Shown: in pieces, positions 21,210 through 32,135 of the stretch
Numbering within the stretch: position 1 is the first letter of the stretch
Layout: every line of letters starts with the position of its first letter
Source: Acidobacteriota bacterium
GTDB lineage: Bacteria > Acidobacteriota > UBA890 > WLXD01
Assembly (NCBI GenBank): GCA_963666215.2
Contig: CAXWPL010000005.1
Location: 1,408,001 to 1,472,000 of the forward strand
Length of the DNA stretch: 64,000 bases
Direction of reading: 5' to 3'
Translations under genes and position numbers: made by a program
Notes under the pieces: generated by a model
The model's input: the letters and a program-made list of their open reading frames with translations, nothing else
Told to the model about the DNA's origin: nothing
The model's database searches: none

Positions 21210-22667
21210 TCACCCGGACCGTGCGCGAATCTCTTCGAGCTGCCGCCGAGTCTTTTCGTACCGCTGGCGGTTGATGCGGTACTGAGCGTAGAAGCAGGCG
21301 GCAATGACGCCCGGAAAGATCGAGAGAGGCGACTCGATCAAGCCCAGCCAGTAGATGGTGTCGGCATCGACCGCGCCCGGCTGCGCGTTTTTCGGAAAGC
21401 CGATGAAGGTCAGCGATAGAGCGGCGATCCCCTGACCGAGCGAGTTATCGAGCTTGGCGAAGAAGGTCCGCGCGGCATAGAGCGTGCCCTCCTGTCGATG
21501 ACCGATGCGAACCTCGTTCTCGTCCGCGATGTCCGCCAACGCCGACATGACGCTGATGTGCAGAATGCTGCCGGAGCCGGACGAAAGGGCCTGGAATCCG
21601 GCGACCGCCCACATCAGCCAAGGCGAGCCGTTCTCCGGAAACGTGCCCATCAATCGGAGGACCACCGGCATTGCCGGGAAGACCGATAGTCCGAGCGCGG
21701 TGAGAACGATGGTACCCCGCTTGTCGAAGCGGGTGTGCAGACGCGCCGCGAACACGAACCCGGTGACATAGCCGATGAACGATCCGGTGAAAAGCAAGGT
21801 GCCGATGTCCTCCGACCGCAGCTCCCAGTAGAAGATGTTCATGTAGTTGGTGAGCGCCAGGCGCAGGCCGAACATCAGCGACAGGGCGACGACGGCGATC
21901 ATCAGCATCCGGTAGTTGCGGTTCGACAAGGCGGAAGCGACGTCGCGACCGAATGCGCGAATCGAGAACCCCTCCAGATCTTCGGGTGCCTGCGGCAAAT
22001 TCGGAATACGGTCTCTGGTGAACCACGCGGAGCTGAACAGCACGATCAGGACGAAGAGAGCCATCACCATCGAGAAGCGCGGATAGGCGTCCCGGTTCAA
22101 CAGCCCATTGGTGGCCACCGCCACCGAAGCGAAGAAGAGGACCGTGTTGAGCTTGAACAACCCCGCACCGCCCAACCAGTAGAAGAGGTTGTTGTAGCTC
22201 ATGATGCGGGAGCGTTCGATGTAGCCGCTCGACAGCTCGGCGCCCATCGCCAGGTGAGGCACGTGGTACACGGTCATGAACGTCCGCAGGCTGATGGACC
22301 AGATGAGGAACCACCCGAAAAGCTGGTTTGGCGTCAGGTCGTCCGGCGGGTTGAAGACGCAGAAGAAGCTGAGCGCGATGGGTATCGGCGAGATCAACAT
22401 GAAGGGATGACGCCGCCCCCATCGTTTGGAGCGATAACGATCCGAGAACGAGCCGAACAGAGGATCCGAGATGGCGTCGGTCAGCAGGGCGATCGTAGGC
22501 ACCAGACCCGCCAATAGCACGTCCAATCCGAGCACCTGGTTGTAGAAGAGCAGGCCGAGAACCGACAGCGAGTAGAGCGACATGTTCTCGGCCGCGGCAC
22601 CAATGCCGAAAGCCAGCCGAGTGCGGGTCGGCACGGTCCTTCCCGGGACCGGTTCGCCCCTCGTCAT
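21210..22667 (-). CDS. MFS transporter (GPH/MFS_2 family), copy 1
   Basis: DAISDPLFGSFSDRYRSKRWGRRHPFM, multiple TM helices, ADIADENE. Confidence 0.9.
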   Translation of the reverse strand: MTRGEPVPGRTVPTRTRLAFGIGAAAENMSLYSLSVLGLLFYNQVLGLDVLLAGLVPTIALLTDAISDPLFGSFSDRYRSKRWGRRHPFMLISPIPIALSFFCVFNPPDDLTPNQLFGWFLIWSISLRTFMTVYHVPHLAMGAELSSGYIERSRIMSYNNLFYWLGGAGLFKLNTVLFFASVAVATNGLLNRDAYPRFSMVMALFVLIVLFSSAWFTRDRIPNLPQAPEDLEGFSIRAFGRDVASALSNRNYRMLMIAVVALSLMFGLRLALTNYMNIFYWELRSEDIGTLLFTGSFIGYVTGFVFAARLHTRFDKRGTIVLTALGLSVFPAMPVVLRLMGTFPENGSPWLMWAVAGFQALSSGSGSILHISVMSALADIADENEVRIGHRQEGTLYAARTFFAKLDNSLGQGIAALSLTFIGFPKNAQPGAVDADTIYWLGLIESPLSIFPGVIAACFYAQYRINRQRYEKTRRQLEEIRARSG

Positions 22668-22936
22668 CGTTCTCCCATCGCTGATCCGCAGTCTATCTCT
22701 ACCCCCGACACTGGTGTTGTCGGCGGCTTCGCACTACCATGAGGCCTGCTTCTTGGACCTGTGAACCGGCTGCAACACACTCCCGGACTAGTCCCGTAGA
22801 GGAGCTCTATGCACGCCGTCGGCACCTCGGCGTGGGTGAGGCACCTGACCAAACGCTACGGCCGCTCGGACGGTCCTTGGGAAAGCGCGTCGGTCTATTG
22901 GGTGATGATCTCTACCGCCGTTTGGTGCTGGGGGAC

Positions 22937-23167
22937 GGGTAGGAAATCGCTTTTCTGAGCATGAGGAGCATGAGGGTTTTCGGAGGCCTGGGCGAGAGCT
23001 GGAGGTCCTGGGGGTCACTTCTCGGCGGCTCGACAGCAGGATTAGAGTGCGCGGGCCTGGCGGCAGGTGGTCGCGAGAGTAGTTGGGAGCGTGCGCGGCA
23101 GCGGGCCCCCCCGGGAGTCCCCGGAGGGGGGCCAGAGGAGTCGAGGCGCCGCGGCCGCGCCGAGTAG
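22937..23167 (-). mobile_element. IS91-like piece 6 (short oriIS end plus ~22-bp internal fragment)
   Basis: ori sequence to ~23146, then CGCCGCGGCCGCGCCGAGTAG. Confidence 0.85.
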
Positions 23168-23183
23168 CGTAGCCCGATCGCCC

Positions 23184-26100
23184 TTACCAGGTATCCAGGA
23201 ACTTGTACCGCCCGCGGCGCAGGGGCTCCGAGTCAGGCACCGACCTCAGCCCGTCTGCGATCCAGCGGCGCGTTTCCGCGGGGTCGATCACATCATCTAT
23301 TCCGAACACGGCGGCTTTGTTCAGCGCGCTGCCGCGCTCGTAGGCCGCTTCGAGGAGCTGCTGGTACTCCTTCGCGCGTTCCTTGACGTCCTCGATCTCA
23401 GCCAGGGCATCGCGATTCGACAGCAGGATGGCGGATTCCAGGTTCATGCCGCCGTGCTCGCCTTCGGGCCAGGCGACGGTGAAGATGGGAGCTCGCGAGC
23501 TTCCGGTCAACATTGACATGGCGCCCAACGCATAGCCCTTGCGTAGGATGACGCTGAAGCGGGGCGTCTCGAGGTTGGCGCCGGTCACGAACAAGCGGCT
23601 GCAATGTCGAATCAAGGCGGTTTTCTCTACCTCCGGGCCAACCATCATGCCCGGCGTGTCGACCAGAGTGAGGATCGGAATGTTGAAGGCATCGCAGATC
23701 TGCCAGAAGCGCGCCGCCTTGTCGGAGCCGGGGCTGTCGATGGCCCCGCTGATGTAGGCGTTGTTGTTGGCGCTGAGCCCGAAGGGATGGCCCTCGATCC
23801 TGATGAATGCGGTGACCATGCTGACGCCGAACTCTTCTCGCAGCTCCAAGACGGAACCCTTGTCGGCGAGAAGATGGATCAACTCGCGGATATCGAAGCT
23901 GCGCATGCGGTTCTCAGGGATGACATGGCGCAGCAGCCGCTGGTCGGCACACTCCCAGGATTCGATCGAGCCCTGGAAGTAGGAGAGGCACTTCTTCGAA
24001 GCGGCGATCGCCTCGTCGTGGTCCTTGACGACGACGTCGACGGTGCCGGCGGGGGCGAGGTCGCACATCGGGCCGACCTCTTCCGGCAGGAACACGCCCA
24101 TGCCGCCACCTTCGATGGTCGACGGACCGCCCATCGCGATCAACGAGTCTTCGGTCGCGATGATGATGTCGGTGAGTCCCAGAATCGCAGCATTGCCGGC
24201 GTAGCACCAACCGGCGGTGACGCCGATCATCGGCACCTTGCCACTGAGCTGTGCCATCTTCTCGAAGGTGCGCACCGCTGGGAAAATGTTCGGGGAGCCT
24301 TCGGTATCGCCGGAGCGGCCGCCGGCGCCCTCGGCGTGGAAGATCAGGGGCAGCGACAGCTCGTTGGCCAGCTCTATCATGCGGTCCGTCTTGTCGTGGC
24401 CGCGCACTCCTTGGGTTCCGGCGAGGACCGTGTCGTCGTAGGAGAGAAACATGGTGCGGGCACGCTTCTCGTCAAAGAGATCGCCGTTCACAGAACCGAT
24501 GCCCGCGACCAGGCCGTCTGCCGGCGTCTTGCGAATCAGCTCTTCCAGAGGCCGCTTCGTCCTTTGCCCGGCGATAGTGAGCTGCCCGTACTCGACCCAG
24601 GTGCCGGGGTCGATCAGCATCTCGATATTCTCTCGCACGGTGCGACGGCCCTTAGAGTGGCGTCGCTCCACGGCCTCCGGACGATTCTCGTCCAGGCCAG
24701 GCTCGCGTCGATCCAACACCGCCTGCAGGTTGGGCCGAATGGTGTCCAGATCGATCTCGCGGGCCTCCTCTTCGATGGCTTCACCGACCTCCATCGGCTC
24801 GATGAAGGCGAGAGGATGCTCCTCATACACCGCCTCACCAGTGGCCACAGTCAACCGGCGGACCACGCCGCCGATCGGGGCTCTTACCTCGTGCTCCATC
24901 TTCAACGCGCTCATGACGACGAGAAGCTGGCCTTGGCGAACCCTGTCGCCTTCGGCTACGTGAATCTCGATAACAGTCGCCTGCAGCGGCGACGGGACCG
25001 GTTCTGTACCCGGTGGCGCGACGACAGGCGCCGCCATCGGCTTGCCCATTTGCCGCGTGGGCTTTCCCTTACGGAAGTAGTCGAGCGATGCGAGGGGGTC
25101 GCGCTTGTCGATGGCGGCACCGGCTCGGCTCGTCCCTGCCGGTGCGACGGCAGTGAGTTGAACCATGTTGTCGTCGAGCCAACGGGTGGTTGTGTTTTGA
25201 GCCACGAAGTCCTCGTGACGCAGGATGTTGCGCAGCAAGGGTAGATTCGTCTCGAGACCGCCGATCCCAAACTCACCAAGCGCTCGGCCGAGGCGCCTTC
25301 GCGCGACTTCGAATTCGTCCGACGTCGAGTGAGCGATGACCTTCCCCAGCAGCGAATCGAAATTGGGGTTGGCGACAAAGCCTGGAGAGGCGTAGGTGTC
25401 GATACGGATTCCGGGACCGGAGGGCAGGTGAAAGGACGTGATCTGCCCACCGGCCGGCTTGAGGTTCCCTTCTGCCCCCATCCGCTCCGCATTCACTCGT
25501 GCCTGGATGGCGAATCCGCGCGGTTGCGGGACCGATGCCGATGTCAGACGAAGCTCCGCGATGGTCTCGCCTCCGCCGAGTCGCAGCTGCACCTGCACGA
25601 GGTCCACTCCGGTGACCTCTTCGGTCACCGTGTGCTCCACCTGCAAACGCGGATTTGCCTCGATGAAGAAGAAACGATCGCTGTGCGAGGCATCTACCAG
25701 GAATTCGAAGGTTCCAAGACTCTGGTAGGCCAGGCTCTCAGCCATACGGACAGCTGCGTCACAGATCTCTTGCCGAGCAACCGGGCTCAGACTCGGGCTC
25801 GGAGCGATCTCGACAAGCTTTTGATGCCTGCGCTGGACGCTGCACTCACGCTCTCCGAGATGAGTTACCGCTCCGCTGCCGTCGCCGATGACCTGGACCT
25901 CTATATGGCGAGCCCTCGGCATGAGCTCCTCGACATAGACCGCGCCGTCGCCGAAAGCCGAGGCTGCCTCGGACTGGCAGCGTGCGTGTGCCTCCTCGAC
26001 CTCTTCGAGATTGGTGACCACCCGCATCCCGCGCCCTCCGCCACCGCTGATTGCTTTGATGACCATGGCGGCGCCGTCGCCAAGACTCCGCAGGAACTGT

Positions 26101-26531
26101 CCCGCCTCGCCCGCCGTGACCGGCCCGGGACTTCCTGCCAGGACAGGCACCCCCTTCTCCCGAGCCAGCCCCCGCGCGCGTGCCTTGTCACCGAGAAGCT
26201 GCATTGTTTCGACGGAGGGACCGACGAAGGTGACGCCTTCCTCGGCGCAGCGGCGGGCGAGCTCGGCGCTTTCGGCGAGAAAGCCGTAGCCAGGATGGAT
26301 CGCGTCGCAGCCAGTCGATGCTGCGATCGCCAGGAGGCGCTCGATGTCGAGATACGCGCCAGCGCCCTCTCCTACAAGCGGACAGGCTTCGTCTGCGCTG
26401 CGCACGTGGAGCGACTCGGCATCGTCGTCCGAGAAGACGGTCGCGCACGCCAATCCCAGCTCCTCGGCCGCGCGAGCGATGCGGATCGCGACCTCACCCC
26501 GGTTGGCGATCAGTAGCTTTCTCAGACCCAT
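23184..26531 (-). CDS. Single-chain acyl-CoA carboxylase (biotin carboxylase + BCCP + carboxyltransferase)
   Basis: KLLIANRGEVA, HPGYGFLAES, ERECSVQRRHQK, ALKMEH biotin-like motif, DTPGMMVGPE. Confidence 0.92.
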   Translation of the reverse strand: MGLRKLLIANRGEVAIRIARAAEELGLACATVFSDDDAESLHVRSADEACPLVGEGAGAYLDIERLLAIAASTGCDAIHPGYGFLAESAELARRCAEEGVTFVGPSVETMQLLGDKARARGLAREKGVPVLAGSPGPVTAGEAGQFLRSLGDGAAMVIKAISGGGGRGMRVVTNLEEVEEAHARCQSEAASAFGDGAVYVEELMPRARHIEVQVIGDGSGAVTHLGERECSVQRRHQKLVEIAPSPSLSPVARQEICDAAVRMAESLAYQSLGTFEFLVDASHSDRFFFIEANPRLQVEHTVTEEVTGVDLVQVQLRLGGGETIAELRLTSASVPQPRGFAIQARVNAERMGAEGNLKPAGGQITSFHLPSGPGIRIDTYASPGFVANPNFDSLLGKVIAHSTSDEFEVARRRLGRALGEFGIGGLETNLPLLRNILRHEDFVAQNTTTRWLDDNMVQLTAVAPAGTSRAGAAIDKRDPLASLDYFRKGKPTRQMGKPMAAPVVAPPGTEPVPSPLQATVIEIHVAEGDRVRQGQLLVVMSALKMEHEVRAPIGGVVRRLTVATGEAVYEEHPLAFIEPMEVGEAIEEEAREIDLDTIRPNLQAVLDRREPGLDENRPEAVERRHSKGRRTVRENIEMLIDPGTWVEYGQLTIAGQRTKRPLEELIRKTPADGLVAGIGSVNGDLFDEKRARTMFLSYDDTVLAGTQGVRGHDKTDRMIELANELSLPLIFHAEGAGGRSGDTEGSPNIFPAVRTFEKMAQLSGKVPMIGVTAGWCYAGNAAILGLTDIIIATEDSLIAMGGPSTIEGGGMGVFLPEEVGPMCDLAPAGTVDVVVKDHDEAIAASKKCLSYFQGSIESWECADQRLLRHVIPENRMRSFDIRELIHLLADKGSVLELREEFGVSMVTAFIRIEGHPFGLSANNNAYISGAIDSPGSDKAARFWQICDAFNIPILTLVDTPGMMVGPEVEKTALIRHCSRLFVTGANLETPRFSVILRKGYALGAMSMLTGSSRAPIFTVAWPEGEHGGMNLESAILLSNRDALAEIEDVKERAKEYQQLLEAAYERGSALNKAAVFGIDDVIDPAETRRWIADGLRSVPDSEPLRRGRYKFLDTW

Positions 26532-26696
26532 CTGATTCCGTCTCCTGGCTCGCAGGGTCAATCGACCTCCAAGGCCCTGAGGTACTATAGAGCATGCAGG
26601 CGATGCCAAGTTCTTCGGTCTGGCGTCCAGCCCGGTCTGTCGGGAAACTATGAGATTCTCCTTCTCACCACCCGAGCTCCCGGTGTCTAGGAGTGG

Positions 26697-28307
26697 ATGA
26701 TGAGGACTCCCGATGTCAGCCTGATCAAGACCCTGAACGAGCGGGCCGAAGCTGTGCCCGACGCGGTCTACGTCGTCGATATCGACGACCGCGCGCTCAG
26801 CTACGGCGAGACGGTTGACCAGGTACGTCTGTGGGCCGGCGCCTACAGGCGCTTCGGTGTTGTCGCGGGCGAGCATGTCGTCACCATGCAGCTCAACACC
26901 ATCGAATCGATGCTGGGGTGGCTCGGCTTGGCCGCCTTGCGTGCTGTGGAGGCGCCCATCAACATCGACTATCGGGGCGCTCTATTGACCCACGCCCTGA
27001 ATCTGACCCGCGCGCGGATCATGGTCGTGCTGGAGCGCTACGCCGAGCGACTGATCCCGATCGCGGACGATCTCGAAACCCTCGAGCAAGTGATCGTGCT
27101 CGATGCCGACAAGCCGCCGACGCTGCCCTTCGAGGTCAGCTCGGGAGAAGAGCTTCTTCGAGAAGTGGAGCCGGTATCGGCGCTCCGAACGCCGGCTCCG
27201 TGGGACATCATGGCGATCCTGTTCACTTCCGGCACTACCGGTCGGTCAAAAGCCGTGCGCCTGCCTTGGGCGCAGATCCACGCCATGAGCACGGGCTCCT
27301 TCCGGCTCGAGGATCTCGGCCCGGAAGACGTGATCTACAACCCCGGGCCCACCTACCACGTGGGCGCGAAAGTGCGTCCCTACCTGGCTGCCCTGGTCGG
27401 AGGTCGACATGTGATGCGGCCCTACATCAGCGCCAGTGCACAGTCGAAGGAGTACCTGAAGTACGGTGTCACCACCGGTGGCCCCGTAACCGCCTGGCTC
27501 GCTGAGCCGCCGCATCCCGACGATCGGGACCGACCGCTGAGGAACGTCCTGGCTCCCTACAAGCTGCCTTACGTCGACGAGTTCATCCAACGCTTCGGCT
27601 GTCGCCGCATCGGCTGCTTCAACATGACCGAGGTGAGCTGCCCGATCAGGTTTCGCGGCTGGGACTCGGTCGTCTATGACGACGAGGGTCGGATGAGCTG
27701 TGGGGTGATTCGTGACGGCTACGAGGCGCGGGTCGTCGACGGTCACGACCAGCCGGTCGAGCCAGGTGTGGTCGGGGAGCTGATTCTCAGGTCGGATGTG
27801 CCGTGGTCCCTGAACGCCGGCTACCTCAACAACCCCGAGGCAACAGCGGAGGCTTGGCGCAATGGCTGGTTCCACACTGGCGACGCCGTCATCTGCGACG
27901 CGGACGGTAACTACTACTTCATCGACCGCACGAAAGATTGCATCCGACGGCGCGGCGAGAACATCTCCAGTTTCGAGGTCGAGGCCTACGCCGCCGAGCA
28001 TCCGGCCATTGCCGAGGCTGCGGCGGTGGCGGTGAAGAGCAGCGCAGAGCCGGGCGCGAACGAGGAGATCAAACTGGTCGTCCTGCTCGCCGAGGACGAG
28101 ACACTCGATCCGGCTGAGCTGATCGCTTGGCTGATCCCCCGCATGCCGCGGTTCATGATTCCGCGCTACGTAGAGCTCGTCGACGAGCTGCCACGCACGC
28201 CTACTTTGAAGGTGCGCAAGAAAGTGCTGCGCGACGCTGCGCTAAACGAGCACACTTGGGACCGAGAAGCTGCCGGTATCGAGCTACCGCGGCTGCTCCA
28301 CCTGTAA
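26697..28307 (+). CDS. AMP-binding acyl-CoA ligase (CaiC-like)
   Basis: FTSGTTGRSK, WFHTGD, RRRGENISSFEVE, LPRTPTLKV. Confidence 0.9.
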   Translation: MMRTPDVSLIKTLNERAEAVPDAVYVVDIDDRALSYGETVDQVRLWAGAYRRFGVVAGEHVVTMQLNTIESMLGWLGLAALRAVEAPINIDYRGALLTHALNLTRARIMVVLERYAERLIPIADDLETLEQVIVLDADKPPTLPFEVSSGEELLREVEPVSALRTPAPWDIMAILFTSGTTGRSKAVRLPWAQIHAMSTGSFRLEDLGPEDVIYNPGPTYHVGAKVRPYLAALVGGRHVMRPYISASAQSKEYLKYGVTTGGPVTAWLAEPPHPDDRDRPLRNVLAPYKLPYVDEFIQRFGCRRIGCFNMTEVSCPIRFRGWDSVVYDDEGRMSCGVIRDGYEARVVDGHDQPVEPGVVGELILRSDVPWSLNAGYLNNPEATAEAWRNGWFHTGDAVICDADGNYYFIDRTKDCIRRRGENISSFEVEAYAAEHPAIAEAAAVAVKSSAEPGANEEIKLVVLLAEDETLDPAELIAWLIPRMPRFMIPRYVELVDELPRTPTLKVRKKVLRDAALNEHTWDREAAGIELPRLLHL

Positions 28308-28436
28308 CGGCTGGAACGGGGCCTCGTTCGCGCTTTTCAGGACCAGAACGATCACTTTGCCTTCATCCTCAAACGGTCCGGATATCCAAAACTTTGAATA
28401 TCGATGCATTTTTTTGAGTATGGGGTTCTAGCTAAA

Positions 28437-28494
28437 ACACAACATATGGTATCCGACCTGCGTCAGCCCCCCCCCAGTACACAACATGTGGATT
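28437..28494. promoter_or_regulatory. Tandem NrdR-box-like operators
   Basis: ACACAACATATGGTAT (28437) and ACACAACATGTGGATT (28479), 42 bp apart in an AT-rich intergenic stretch. Confidence 0.45.
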
Positions 28495-28651
28495 GGCATT
28501 GTATTCGCAACAAGATCTCTAAACATTGTGTCAACTCGACCGGCATGAGGTATCATTACCAAAAGAATTCGAGTAGTGGCTACGTTAGGCCGCTGTGCCC
28601 ACAGAACGGCTCGGTGGTCACGCCAAGGTCGAGAAACTGGAGGACCGGATC

Positions 28652-31375
28652 ATGAAGGCAATCGCACTTAGGTCACTTATTTGCATCTGCGCCATCGCCG
28701 TCTGCGCTCTACCGCTATCGGCGGACGGTCCGTCGACCGCAACCATCGACGGCCGCGTCCTCGACGCCCAGGGGCAAGCCCTGCCCGGGGCGACGGTGAC
28801 CCTGGTCGGTCCGCAGCGAACGACGAGCACCATGTCCGATGCCGCAGGGCGCTATCGCTTCGCACTCCTGCAGGCAGGGGAGTTCACCGTCACCGCAGAG
28901 CTGGAGGGGCTGGGGACGGCCGAGCTGGCGACCACGCTCGCTCCGGGTCAGCGCCGTGGCGTCGACCTCACTTTGGAAGGGGGAAGCGCGGAAGAGATCA
29001 CCGTCACCGGCGAAGCGCCGATGATAAGCAGGTACGAGACCGGCTCCATCAGCTCACTGAAGTCGGAGGTGACCGAGAACGTTGCCTTCAACAGTCGCAA
29101 CTATGCCTCCACCATTCGCGCGCTTCCCGGCGTGGTGAACGTCGAAGATGCCGACCATCTTCCCGCACTCAACGGCGGCATTGAGAACGAGACGCAGGTC
29201 TTGATCGAAGGCGTCGACACCTCGAACACGCGCCGCATGGGCGAGGCGCGCGTGATCATGCCGGCGTCGGCGCTGTCCGAGACCAGGCTCGAAACGATGG
29301 GCTTCGGCGCCGAGTACGGCCGGGCGAGCGGCGGCATCATCAACTCGACCGTCAAGACCGGCACCAACAACTTTCACGGCGATTTTCTCTACGTCGGCCA
29401 GAACGCGAAGTGGAGAGCCGAGGACCAGTTTCAGTTGGAGCGGCCGGACGACCAGGTCAACAGCTACGAGGCGTCGCTGGGCGGGCCGATCTTGCGCCAA
29501 AGGGCGTGGTTTTTTGCCGCTTACGCCGACTTGAGCAACAACAGGCTGGACCAATTAGCGAGCGGCGAGGTGGTTGACAACAGTCGCAGCTCGGAGCCCC
29601 GCATCCTCAAGCTCAACTTCCAGCCCAGCGATCGCCACCAGCTGGCGGGGACGTGGATCGATTCGCGGGGCGACGGCATCACCGCGCCGTCTAAAAGCGG
29701 CGACATTGCTGCCATCACGGCCCGTCCGCTCTACGCGGAGGTACTGACCGGGAGCTGGAGCTTCGCCGCTACCAGCTCGACCTTCATCGAGGTCAAGGTA
29801 TCCGAGCGCAAGGATCTCTTTCCTCGCACTCTCAAATTCCCCAAGGATCCGGCGACACTGTGCCCCGAGTGCTCCGACAATCCGGTCGACAACAATTTCC
29901 GCTACCGCGATCGGGCGCAAAATAACGTTCGCTTTAACGGCGTGACGAGCGGGTCCGGGATCGGCCACAACGACTTCCCTCGCGACACGGCCCATGGCTC
30001 TGCGACCTTGTTCAAAGGGCGCAACGAGATCAAGTTCGGCATCGACATCCAGGACATCGGGTTCACCAATTTCGGCAACGTGGGCAAGGAGTATCGCGGC
30101 CAAAACTTCTGTTTAGAATGCCCCGGAGGCTTCCTGAAACCGCAGCAGTTGCGGGTCTTCGTGGAGTCCGTGCCGTCCACCAGCGACGGTATCGAGAGCT
30201 CGGCCTATGTGCAGGACCGCCTCGATATCGGTGATCGCTGGAGCCTCCACATGGGCGTGCGCTACGACGCCGAGACGATCGACAACGACGTCGGCACGCG
30301 GGTCCACGATTCCGAAGACATCGCACCCCGTCTGAGCGTGGTCTACGACGTCAATGCCGACGGCAAGCTGCTGGTGCGCGGCAGCGTCGGGCGCTTCTAC
30401 CAGAACATCGGCCTGGATTTCGCCTTCCGCGAGTTCAGTGTGCTACCCACTGGGTCGCAGAGCTACGACCGGTTCGATTGGAACAAAAAAACCCTGCGCT
30501 ACGACAAGTTCAAGTTTTCCAGGTCACCGGCGGGCGTGACCCAGACTCTCCAGACGGTCGACCACCCCTACAAGGACCAGGTCACGGTTGGAGTGGACTG
30601 GCAGCTGGCCCAGAACTGGGTCTTCAAGTCGAGCCTGGTGTACCACGAGACCGACAACCTTTTCTTCGGCAACGACCAGTACATCGACGGCGGCACGGCC
30701 GTAGCGCGCGTGGTTCGCAACTGGCCCGGTGCTTTTCGCGAGTATACGGGGGTCAGCCTCGAGCTCAATCGCAGGTTCCGCGGCGGCTGGACGTTCCTGT
30801 CCAACCTGACGGTGGGCGACGCCGAAGGGAATGCGGCCAACACCAACACCAGCAATAGCCTGTTCGGCCTCCTCGGCGGCATCGAGCTGCCGAATCAAGC
30901 GGTGCAGGAGGCGGGTATCCCACCTGGCGCGACCGACGCCACCACCAGATTCAGGGCCGGGCGCATGCGTCACGACATCGATCGGCTCAACCTCATCGCC
31001 ATGAAGCGATTTCAGTTCGGCAAGCAGGCCCTGACGCTGGGTGGCTTTTTCGCCGCCAGCACCGGCAGGTACTTTGGCCCGTCTTCCCCCACCGACATTG
31101 CGCATCCGGTGACCGGTCTCGACGTCCAAACCACTACATTCACCGCGCCGCGCGACGGCCAGCAGCTGGAGGAAATCTTTACTCTCGACATCTCGGCGAT
31201 GTGGTCGTTTCCGATCAAGGGCCCGGTGGAGGGGCAGCTCGGCTTCGAGGTCGCCAACGTCACCGACGAGCAGGAGGTGCTCGAGATCGACACCATTACC
31301 CTCGCGCCCATCAACTCGCTCATTGCCTGGCAGGTGCCGCGCGAGTTTCGTCTCAAGGTTGGGATTCGCTTCTAG
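28652..31375 (+). CDS. TonB-dependent receptor with carboxypeptidase-regulatory-like N-domain
   Basis: GRVLDAQGQALPGATVTL, AEYGRASGGIINSTVKTGTNNFHG, C-terminal Phe (GIRF). Confidence 0.9.
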   Translation: MKAIALRSLICICAIAVCALPLSADGPSTATIDGRVLDAQGQALPGATVTLVGPQRTTSTMSDAAGRYRFALLQAGEFTVTAELEGLGTAELATTLAPGQRRGVDLTLEGGSAEEITVTGEAPMISRYETGSISSLKSEVTENVAFNSRNYASTIRALPGVVNVEDADHLPALNGGIENETQVLIEGVDTSNTRRMGEARVIMPASALSETRLETMGFGAEYGRASGGIINSTVKTGTNNFHGDFLYVGQNAKWRAEDQFQLERPDDQVNSYEASLGGPILRQRAWFFAAYADLSNNRLDQLASGEVVDNSRSSEPRILKLNFQPSDRHQLAGTWIDSRGDGITAPSKSGDIAAITARPLYAEVLTGSWSFAATSSTFIEVKVSERKDLFPRTLKFPKDPATLCPECSDNPVDNNFRYRDRAQNNVRFNGVTSGSGIGHNDFPRDTAHGSATLFKGRNEIKFGIDIQDIGFTNFGNVGKEYRGQNFCLECPGGFLKPQQLRVFVESVPSTSDGIESSAYVQDRLDIGDRWSLHMGVRYDAETIDNDVGTRVHDSEDIAPRLSVVYDVNADGKLLVRGSVGRFYQNIGLDFAFREFSVLPTGSQSYDRFDWNKKTLRYDKFKFSRSPAGVTQTLQTVDHPYKDQVTVGVDWQLAQNWVFKSSLVYHETDNLFFGNDQYIDGGTAVARVVRNWPGAFREYTGVSLELNRRFRGGWTFLSNLTVGDAEGNAANTNTSNSLFGLLGGIELPNQAVQEAGIPPGATDATTRFRAGRMRHDIDRLNLIAMKRFQFGKQALTLGGFFAASTGRYFGPSSPTDIAHPVTGLDVQTTTFTAPRDGQQLEEIFTLDISAMWSFPIKGPVEGQLGFEVANVTDEQEVLEIDTITLAPINSLIAWQVPREFRLKVGIRF

Positions 31376-31392
31376 GTTTCTGAGCTCTGTCT

Positions 31393-31425
31393 CGAGGCGG
31401 GTGGCGCTCCGGCGCTCCCGCCTCG
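31393..31425 (+). terminator. Stem-loop downstream of the receptor
   Basis: CGAGGCGGG...CCCGCCTCG inverted repeat 18 bp after the stop. Confidence 0.5.
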
Positions 31426-31535
31426 CGACGGTCTTTCGGCCCGGGTAGCCCTGGATCTTCGTCTCGACGAGATGGGGCAGGTGAGCTAGCCTCTAGCTCT
31501 CCCCATCAGATCAAAACAGGGTAAGATCGCGCCCA

Positions 31536-32135
31536 GTGCGCTGGATGCCGCTTCTTGGTCTCGCGATGCTCTTGGGGTTCTTGGGACCGGGATCTTCTGG
31601 CCAGAGCGATCGACCACGAATCCTCGTCGAAAGTCCCGACCTGAGGACGGGCGAGCATGTGCCCCGCGACTACACACCCGACGGCCGTAATCTCTCTCCC
31701 CCGCTCACTTGGAAGAACCTACCCGAGGGAACCAAGGAGATCGCAGTCGTCTGCGCCGACTTCGGTGCCGGCAATCCTCCCCCCTGGGTGCACTGGGTTA
31801 TCTACGGGATTCCAGCAAAGGTGAACGGGCTGCCAATTGGCCTGCCGATCCAAAAGGACGAGCCCCTGCCCGCCGAGCTCGCGAACGCCAAGCAGGGCCT
31901 GAACAGCTGGAAGCTGCCCCTCTATCGAGGCCCCGCACCACCCCCCGCCAAGCCACATGTGTACCACTTCACCGTCTACGCGCTCGATGCACAACTGAAT
32001 CTCCCTCAAGGCCTGAACCGCGAGGAGCTCCTCGAGGAGATGGCCGGTCACATCCTGGGACAGGGAGACCTCGTTCCGATCTATGAGCGCGGGCGGTCGC
32101 GCGAGCCCAGGGGCGCGTTTCCTCGTAGGTCATAA
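31536..32135 (+). CDS. YbhB/YbcL (PEBP) family protein, tail chimeric
   Basis: NLSPPLTW, PWVHWVIYGIP, YRGPAPPP, HVYHFTVYALD. The last ~15 codons come from the opposite-strand stub. Confidence 0.85.
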   Translation: MRWMPLLGLAMLLGFLGPGSSGQSDRPRILVESPDLRTGEHVPRDYTPDGRNLSPPLTWKNLPEGTKEIAVVCADFGAGNPPPWVHWVIYGIPAKVNGLPIGLPIQKDEPLPAELANAKQGLNSWKLPLYRGPAPPPAKPHVYHFTVYALDAQLNLPQGLNREELLEEMAGHILGQGDLVPIYERGRSREPRGAFPRRS

